Assembly (NCBI GenBank): GCA_051530055.1
Contig: CM121341.1
Coordinates: 17,524,784 to 17,588,783 of the forward strand
Direction: 5' to 3'
Origin: Neoechinorhynchus agilis
Taxonomy: Eukaryota > Animalia > Acanthocephala
Length of the DNA stretch: 64,000 nt
In this document: piece by piece, positions 55,012 through 64,000 of the stretch
Numbering within the stretch: position 1 is the first letter of the stretch
How the letters are laid out: the number at the start of each line of letters is the position of its first letter
Notes under the pieces: model-generated
What the model was told of the DNA's origin: nothing
The model's input: only the letters and a program-made list of their open reading frames with translations
Database searches by the model: none
Translations under genes and position numbers: made by a program

Positions 55012-58000
55012 GGAGCTCAAGGAGATAGTAGCGGGGAAACCTTTCGAGCAGGTCCAGTACTCCGATATCAAAACGTTGATCTCAGTTCATTTGACCCAAA
55101 CAATGCACCAGATAATGGCACGCTATATTTTCAGCACATGCCGTAAGAGATAGAGACAAACTCACGCTAAGTGGGCGACAGCGCTTCGAGGAACGGCAAG
55201 AGGATGGATGCTGTTTCTTCAATAAACAGGTGAAAGACGAACGATCTACCGTAGATGAACGAATCAAAGATCATATCATTGTGGTCACACCGTCAAATGC
55301 TCCCCGAAAAGCCGTTATGTAGGAGAAAGGTTCAGCATCACTAGAGGAAGTGCTCAAGATAGCCGAAGCGATTGAGATAGCGGATAAGGCGAGTGAGTTG
55401 TTATGCGTTCCGAAAGGCAACGATGATCCAAAACAAGAACGCTATATCGAAGTGAACCGAATAACAAATGGGAGAATGTGCCAAAGAAAAGCTAATGATA
55501 ATCGAATTCGGGAATCAAGAAAGCCGCGCATCAATAGATGTGGGAAATGCGGATTGCAGCAGACAGAAGGATCACCCTGTCCTGCAAGCAAGGGGAAGTG
55601 TTACAGATGCGGCAGGATCGGTCATTTTACAAGGATGTGCAGAAGCGCCAGGGTGAGACAAGTAGAAGAAAGGAAAACAAGTGAGGCAGAAGATGATGAA
55701 TGGGGACAAAATAAAACCTATGGTTGTTATGGATTGATCTGCGCGGAAAAAGGTGAGGGAAACCGAGTCGAGATCAAAGCGATGGTAGAGGTATGCGAGG
55801 TGATGTTGAATTTAGATACCGGCGCTGAGGTCAGCATCATCGATGAAGATGTCTGAAGAAAGATTGGGCAGCCAAAATTGATACCAACGAGGCGATTGAA
55901 AGCGTATGGAGGATCTGATATTGATTGTTTGGGAAAGTGCCAAATGAAAATCGAGAGCGAAAATATGAAACAAGAAGCCATGCTGCACGTCGTAAGGGGA
56001 ACAAACGGATGCTTATGGGGAATAGATCTGTTAAAATTGTTCCGAATGGCATTACCGATTTCAGTCACTATCAGAAAAATCGAAACAATACAGGAGGCCA
56101 TGGATCAAATGATACGAGAGTTCAGGGTACTTTTTATGGAAAAGACGACGCCGATAAAGGATCACAGGGTGGCATTGCCTATCTCGGAGGACGTGCAGCC
56201 TACTTGGATACCAGCGAGGAGAGTACCATGGGCATTACAGGACGCGGTAATCAGCGAGATCGAACGATTGACAAACAAGGGGGTGATGGAACGAGTTGCA
56301 GCAGAGGACACCAATTTGGAATGGGGGACTTCGATGGTCATTACTATAAAAAGCTGTGGACAGATAAGAATCTGCGCTGATTTCAGGATCACTGTCAACA
56401 AATGTTTGAAGCAAGACAGTTATCACATGCTCACTTTCGATGACATAGTGCACAGATTAGGAGGTGGCACAAAATACTCCACCATCGATTTGTCAGATGC
56501 CTACCTACAGCTAGAGGTTTGCATAAGACCACCGAAAGTTCTTAAACATAACGACACCGTGGGGATTGTGCCGTTACCGAAGGATGCCATTTGGCCTGAG
56601 CTGCACACCTCAGATATTCCGAAAATTTATTGACAATTAATTGGCAAACATCCCGAGTACCGGTGCATACCTGTACGATATAATTGTCACCGGAAAAGAC
56701 GATGCCGAACATTTGGAGAATTTGATGCCAGTCTTCGGGCGATTGGAAAAAGCAGGTATAGGCGTCCGAAGGAGCAAATGCAAATTCATGCAATCCCAGG
56801 TCCGATATTTGGGGCACACGCTTCAAGATAACAAGATAAGACCACAAAAAGAAAAGGTGGAAACGATCACCGAAGCGCGCGTCCCGCGCAATAAAAAAAG
56901 AATTAAAATCGTTCTTGGACATGGTTAACTACCTGGAAAGATTCATTCCCCGGTTACAGAATCAATGCGGAGCCCTGTATGAGTTGTTGAGACAAGGAAT
57001 TGCTTGGAAATGGAGCAGGCAGGAGAAAGACAGTTTCGAGCAAGTAAAGGATGCGGTGCGAAACCACAAGGTTTTGGTACCTGTGGATATGAAAAGAAAT
57101 ATTGTGCGACATGCGACGCGAGTGAAGACGGAAATGGAGCGGGATTGTTTCACTAAAAAGAAGACGGCGCCAAAGAACCGATCATGTTCACGTCCCGAAC
57201 ACTCACTCCAGCGGAAAAGAAATATGCGATTATCGAGAAGGAAGCATTAGTAATCGTCAGTGCGGTGATGAGGTTCCACCAGTTCCTATATGGCCATCGA
57301 TTTATCTTGCAGACGGATCACAAGCCTTTGCAACACATCTCCGGAATACAACGAGACCTGTCAAAAATGACGAATAACCGACTTGTGCGCTGGAGATTTC
57401 TTGAACCAATACGATTCCGAAATCGAGTACGTTCAAGGTGCCGAGAACAAATATGCCGATTTCCTGTCCAGGTTTCCAATGAATCCATCAAAGCATAAAT
57501 ACTCAGAAGAGGAGGAGATAATGCTGCGATTACTTGCGGAATGACCAAGGCAAGATTAAAATCAGAGTCGATGAAAGATCCTCAGCTGACAAGCATCAAA
57601 CGATACCTGCAGATCGGGTGGCCTAAGACGGTACTTGAGATGGACAAACCGTTCGCGACAAGGGCCGACGAACTGTCCATGGAAAATGGTATTGTGATGC
57701 ACTTGCAGAGAATGATCATTCCATTTTCTCTGCGAAAAAGTGTAATGAAAATTCTACACAATGGACACCCAAGGGATCGAAGCCACGAAATCAATATGCC
57801 GGTTTTACGTATGGTGGCCAGGCATAGAGTAGGACATCCGACGCAAGGTAGCGAGTTGCTATCGTTGCCAAATAGCCCGGTCAAACATGCAACAGCAACC
57901 ACTCATGCCGTGGGACTATCCATCAGAAGTCTGGGAACGTGTACATATCGACCAGGCAGGGCCAATAAACTCAAAGATGTTCTTAGTTTTGGTGGGCGTC

Positions 58001-58580
58001 AGGAGCAAGTGGCCCGGCGTCTGGCATTACAATACGTGCCAAATAACTGCCGAAATGGTAATCGACCGGATGAGAGAGTTGTTTGCTCAAACGGAATACC
58101 AAAGAAAATCGTTAATGATAATGGACCACAACTTATGGCACGCCAATTTACCAAGTTTTGCGAAGAAAACGGCATCCAGGTGATTCAAGCGAGTCCTTAT
58201 AACTCACAAACGAATGGGCTGGTGGAACGTTTTATTGGCACATTAAAAAGACGAGGAATGGCGAGCGTATCAACGGATACTCGGAAGATACTAAACGAAT
58301 TCTTGCAAACATATAGAAACACCCCTCATGCGATCACGGGAAAGGCTCCCGCAGAAATACTGTTAGGATGAAGATTGAACACGGTGTCCGATAACCTAAG
58401 ACTGGAGATCGAGGAAACTGTAAAGGACCAATCAACTCGAAGGCAGATTCACAGACCTGTGGGGAATTATGGCGAGTTCGAGAAAGGCAATCAGGTATGG
58501 TGGAAACGAGGAAGAGAAGAAGAATTGAGAAAGGGAATCGTGGAACGAAGATCAGGACCAGTATCGTACCGCTGATGGTG
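55012..58580 (+). mobile_element. second Ty3/gypsy family (gag-pol), frameshifted, LTRs not seen
   Basis: CYRCGRIGHFTRMC, LDTGAEVS, IRICADFR, YSTIDLSDAY, YAIIEKEAL, TDHKPL, WERVHID, DNGPQL, SPYNSQTNGLVER. Confidence 0.92.
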
Positions 58581-58679
58581 TGTGTGATTTGTGCTCGCTA
58601 TCGTTTTTGTTAGAGTTTGGAAATACACCAATGATCATGTTCACAGTCCTACGCCGCGGTACCAAACTACCCGAATGTC

Positions 58680-60560
58680 TCGACGCCAAAGAAAACAAAA
58701 TAATGATTTCGACTCAGATCCCTGCATTTTGTCCTTTTGCGTTCCTCAGCGGCGGTTGCTGCTTCCCCTGGTTTAATGGTGGCGAATTTTATGTTGCTGG
58801 CTGCAAGCGTGCCCACGAACTTGGCGTCCCAGAGAAGGCATTTTCCTTCTCGCCACGGGAATACTGTGACACCGTACGGTCTACGGCGATCGAGTCGGCA
58901 AAGATTGCTCGGCTCTAGGATGTTAGGCGCATTCACAGTATTCAGGACACGGCTAAGAACATTTCGTTCACTTCGGAGTGTCGTGAGTACCTTCCGCCTG
59001 ATTGCCGACAAACGAGACCACGGCATCCCGATTTTTTCATCGGTCGCTCCGCAGTGACAGCGATGGGATGTACACGTCGTTACCCCAAGTCTACGATACA
59101 CTGCAATCCTTATTGTCTCGTTGGAGAGAACGGTACCCACAGAAGCGATTTGGATAGCGTTGAGCTAATCATTCGATTCTCTTGTAGAGACTGCCGCCAT
59201 TCAAGTTCGGTTAACCAGATGACGAGAATCTGAGGCAATGTTCACCTTATCTTCCACGTTCATCACTAAAATCTCGCATTTCGCAGCATCCAATTCAATG
59301 TCAATTTTCGCCGTCTCCCTGGCGAGTATCTCCAAATCGCGCATTACAACAGAAGGAATACCTCCGAGCGTGGAGTCGTTTAGGTACCAGCCGTTAAAGC
59401 TGGACTGGAGAGAGTGCGCGACGGGATTGACTGCGAGTGAGATCCCCTTGTTGAACTCCTCTTTCGGACCACAAAACGTGGTTATTGAACAACAAGTGTT
59501 AAAGATAAAAATCCATGATTATGTGGAAGTGGGGAAAAATTTTATATCAAAGAATCACTTTAATTGAAATATTTCGTCCGATCACACTGGACTTCTTCAG
59601 TCAATTATTGTTAAAGTATTTTATTCGCACTAGCAAAGTGTGATTGAACGAAATATTTCATTTACAGTGATTCTTTGATATAAAAAATTTCCCCACCTCC
59701 ACATACAACGGGGGTGTTGAAATCCCATAGGCATTCGTGCTAGATCTCTAACTACTTCGAGCAAATCTGCTCGGTGAACTGTGTTGAATGCATTTTTGAA
59801 ATCACATTTCAAGATCACGTACGGCTTTAAGTTTCCGGTGATGAACGTACGGAGTGAATGAACAATCGCCTCTGCTCCAAAAGGAATACAGCAGCCTAAC
59901 TGAGTAGGGCGAAGCAGCATCGCTACTATTCCGCGATCCTTTTATTTAAAATTGTTGCTGTTAAGCCGCGTAGACTTGCTTCAATTTCAATGAGACGAAT
60001 CCGACCTGATGATAAAACATAAGGGATCGTATCGAAGGAGGAGGATTTCACGAAATACTGCCGATCGCCAAGACGAACTCCTCCTCTGACATTTCCGTCT
60101 GCGAGCTTCGAAGAAACGCGTTCAGCAAGCAACCGATTTGAGTTTCGGCGGTGGTCACGCTCCTGGATACAGTCTTTACGTAGCTCGCATGCTGTCGAAA
60201 GACATTGAGTAAAATTTTAGTGAAGAACTTATTCGCTCTATTATTTTTGTGGTCAGAGATCCCCCAGAAATATCACCAGCGGGAACACTAGTCTAGGGAA
60301 CGCAAAGAGACGCATCCACGACAACTCTGAGTTAGTCTCGATGCAGTCTGTCAATATAGAGGTGAATCTCTTTGCGGCCTGATATCGCGCGTCTTTTGGG
60401 ATCCTCTTCAGAACGTTCCTGGCCAGAACTCGCTCAATATTCCCTACAAATGGAATTTCATTTTGTACTGGTGATGTCGTTATAGGATCTTAGCGCATAC
60501 CATCAATGGACTTAAAGGGTGAACCCGAACCGCCGCAGCGTGAATTACGGCGTCCACGGA
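58680..60560 (-). mobile_element. longer degenerate CRE-like element (RT and RLE)
   Basis: RIPKDAR, RVSSKLADGNVRGGVRL, LRPTQLG..GAEAIVH, LKCDFKNAFN, GVQQGD, GKCLLWD, FGVETFG. Confidence 0.88.
59519..59705 (-). ncRNA. hairpin element inserted in the CRE RT, carrying a well-formed minimal hammerhead (59561-59607)
   Basis: TAATTGA-CTGAAGA-A-GTCC agtgtgatc GGAC-GAAA-TA-T-T-TCAATTA; 7-bp perfect stem I. Confidence 0.8.
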
Positions 60561-60713
60561 CCCTAAGAACTCCTCTTTTCGTCAGGGGAAAAATTCCATA
60601 CCGACGACACCCATCTAAAATTAATAAACTTTAAAATGTAAGATCTTTTAACATAAACTTTATATTGTACGTAAAATTGACTCACAAAGAAACTCGCGAA
60701 CAAACTCGAGACA

Positions 60714-62970
60714 ATGGAGTCGTATTATTTCAGGAAGACGATATTTGTCTTGGTCTTTGGTCTTTATCTTCTTGTTAAATGTAAATTCTCTAGGGATGTA
60801 TATGAAGAAAATACCTTAAAACCCAAATCTACCCAGAATAGACGATGTATTGTTTCTAATATCGCTGGAAATTATGCATCCCGCATAAATTGCAGACCTT
60901 ATGGGCGTGGCCAATCGTTACCAAATGTTCTTCGAACAGTCGGAAAACAAGGTACAATTAATCGAGTATTCATCGAGAAAGTATCGATAGATGAATTCCC
61001 CAATGATCTTGAATTTATTCTTCCAAATGTTGAAGACATGTCAATATTCTGCAGAAAATTAACGGACAAAGTTTCTAAAATCGACAAGTATATGATCCAA
61101 AATTTTAAACATCTCAAAAAGCTTTCAATTCGATATGCGAACCTATACGAAATTGAACACGATTCCTTTAAAGGATTTAACGATTTAACCCATCTTAATC
61201 TAATGCGTAACAAAATAAGGGTGCTGGATTCAACGATGGGTAACCACCTTTTAAAGCTTAAATTTCTTAATCTGTACAATAATCGATTAAGTGGTGATTG
61301 TTTGTCTATTATCAGTCGTATGATCAATCTAAAAGTGCTTGACCTATCTAAAAACAAAATTGAATTTGCCATTATACCTGATGGATATCGATTCGAAAAA
61401 TTAAAGGAGCTGAGAATGGAAAACAATCCTTTGCGTAGAATTGGATTAAATCGATTAAATCGATTTAAGACTTTGAAAATTCTGGCATTTAGTTTTATTG
61501 GGGAACTAAATGATTTATTCCGAGGAGAAACGCATTTTGGCAGTCTGAAGGAATTTATAGTTTCAGGAGGAACAACACGATTTCTGAACGCGAGTTCTTT
61601 ACGCGAAATTCCTAAACTCACTCGCTTAGAAGTTAATATGGCGCATCTCGAGGAAGTTCCAGCTGGAAACGAACGTACAAGCAAATTAGTGGAATCCATG
61701 GTTTTGTCAGGAAATCGAATCAGTAAACTTGATGATTCGTGTTTTTCGCAATGGTCAAATCTTGACCATTTGGATTTGTCAAGTAATCGAATTTCTAGCA
61801 TTAGCAAATATGCATTTTCGCATCTTCGAAAACTAAGAATTCTCGATCTAGGAGATAACCAAATTTCATATCTGTTTCAAGAACTTCTCAAGAACAATGT
61901 CCGAATAAATACCCTTTCTATGGCCAATAACGATTTAATAACACTGCCTCGAAATTTTTTGAATACTTTGAAGAACCTCCAAATGCTCGATTTATCTCAT
62001 AATCCATTAAAAGTTATAGACCCGATCATTATTGGCGCTAATAAAGTGAGGCAATGTATTGTAAAGAATACCCCAATTTCGCTTTTATTGTACGATGGAA
62101 GACGAAATACTGATGTTTTCCTCGAAATTTTCGATGTCGTAGAATTTATGCCTCAACCATCACGAGAAGCTTTTGGTGTTCAGGACATGGTTCGGCAATT
62201 TAATATCACAATGAATGTTACTGTGCTAACATGGAAAAATCTAAATCACATAAAAGACGTTCATCAACTGATCAATGCAAATGAGACGTTTTCACTCGAC
62301 TTGGGCCATAATGAAATATCCGTAATCGATAATGATGATTTTCTCTTATTAACAAAACTTCAATTCCTGTGCGTTCAATTCAACAAGATCTGGAAAATTG
62401 TTCCTCGATCATTTGAACATTGCCAGGAATTGAAAACGCTTGATCTTGCAAATAACCATCTAAGAAATCTTGATGTACAGGACATGTTCTATGGACTAAA
62501 CAATGTCATTTTCCTACATTTGGCCAAAAATGGTTTTTGGATATTTCCTAGTTATCATTTATCGAATCTTAAAAGTCTACAATGTCTCAATATTTCTCAC
62601 AATCCAATTCGAGAATTTTATAGTGGTGCATTCCGAGAGGCGGGAACAATTACGGAGGTTGATGTGACTTTTACGGATATCGAAATTATTTCAGATCTAT
62701 AACCAAACATTGGGAATTCGCTCATTTAAAAAACCATATCGTGATTTAACTTGTGCAGGATTCGGATGTTTTATTTCTTCAATACAAAAATTTTCTTTAG
62801 TGTTTTGTAACTTCGCTAACACACGAATTGTTAAAAAGCATTTTGATTTAACATTCCTCAGTGTAAAAGGGCAAAGAAATGGCAGTCTCAAAAATCCAAT
62901 TGATTGGTTAGTCTGTAGGCTCCAATTTTTTCGAATATCTCTCATAAAATGGCAATACAAAATTGTTTGA
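60714..62970 (+). CDS. secreted leucine-rich repeat protein; probable 31-nt intron 62664-62694 extends the ORF to 62970
   Basis: hydrophobic N-terminus; many LxxLxLxxN repeats; gtgact..ttatttcag joins in phase 0 to ORF 62710-62970. Confidence 0.85.
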
Positions 62971-63210
62971 TCTCGTATTCTGCCCCTTAAATAATTGAAT
63001 TATTTTAATCAATTATCAGAAACTACGGTAGCCGTGAAAACCCAACATCTGACCAACAAACAGGACGAACTTTTTGCTTCGATGTCGCTACTTTAATAAA
63101 CTTCACATCTCCACTGGCCTTTGTAGTTTCTTGAGGAAGTCATAGGCGAATTCTCGAAAATAACAGATATCCTTTTTAGGTTGAGGATTGCATTCGGGTG
63201 GCGGGCTATA

Positions 63211-63704
63211 TTATTGTTTAGGTCGCTTGTCTATACCCGAGGGAGATCGTTAAAGACGAATATATTTCGACCGATTAAATCGGTCATTGTCAATTCAATC
63301 TAAAATAACCGTGGGATTCGTCACAACACACAAGATTGTTCATTTTGACTCGGGACCCGGGATCGTCAACCCCGTATTCGAAGATCAGCCTCCCTGAGTG
63401 TGTTTAGGCCAACAACAGTTAGTTGGAGGGAAACTTTTGCTTTGTTCCCTTCCATATTGTTGGCCATCTCGATATATATCGACTATTTTATCAATCGTTG
63501 GAATTTTCTCTTTTCTGTGCAGAGGACGTCGGTCTTGTCGAAGGGTTGACGATCCTGGGTCCCGAGTCAAAATAAACAATCTTGTGTGTTGTGACGAATC
63601 CATCTGTTATTTTAGATTGAATTGACAATGACCGATTTAATCGGTCGAAATATATTCGTCTTTAACGATCTCCCTCGGGTGTCGACAAGCGACCTAAACA
63701 ATAA
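63211..63704. mobile_element. foldback element with ~162 bp TIRs, each carrying a U3-A8 hammerhead motif
   Basis: arms 63211-63372 and 63543-63704 are nearly perfectly complementary; gaa-TTGACAA-T-GACCGAT tta ATCGGTC-GAAA-TA-T-A-ttc at 63614-63661 (+) and 63254-63301 (-). Confidence 0.85.
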
Positions 63705-64000
63705 CAGATTTCCTTTTTCTTTATCATTATATTAGCCCGCACAAAGATCCATTAAAAAACAATACTTAATCATGCGGCTAGAAAAATTGTATTTCACAAG
63801 ATTACTAATTTTGTAACCTTCAATGCGAAATCGGCCCAAAAGTTGTTCCATTATTGATGTCAACAAGATTCGTTGTTTACAAACTACGTATGATACCAAT
63901 AATCTAGTAATTAAAGAACGAACGCTCTTATTTTAATACAATGTTTATAAGTGGGCAGTTTCTATAATTTACTCTTTAACAACTCGGAACAACAATTTTA

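Overview
AT-rich eukaryotic, almost certainly metazoan, genomic DNA. The metazoan call rests on ATP synthase coupling factor 6, an Emi1-like ZBR protein, TPST and a kexin-type protease; the exact taxon cannot be determined. Genes are compact, with mostly 40-55 nt GT-AG introns. Host genes: TPST, Emi1/FBXO5-like, SDHAF2, sigma-like GST, cereblon, PGK with a ~410 aa tail (two full copies plus a fragment), ATP5PF, MTFMT, RCE1, MRPS2, ALG3 (plus a truncated duplicate), an LRR family and a degenerate proprotein convertase. Decayed mobile elements: two Ty3/gypsy families, CRE-like and LINE retrotransposons, and a Penelope GIY-YIG fragment. Two signals stand out beyond the gene list. (1) About a dozen short hairpin or tandem elements carry minimal type I hammerhead ribozyme motifs with a palindromic stem III. 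Several have the compensatory U3-A8 core in place of C3-G8, including a C3G8/U3A8 switch between two copies of one family. (2) In three genes (TPST, RCE1, MRPS2) the homology-defined intron boundaries are not GT-AG and the intron ends are complementary to each other. Also noted: TTTCAG acceptors directly before start codons (possible SL trans-splicing), an RFX X-box upstream of the long-tailed PGK, and a near-identical inverted duplication. All calls were made by eye, without database searches or folding software.
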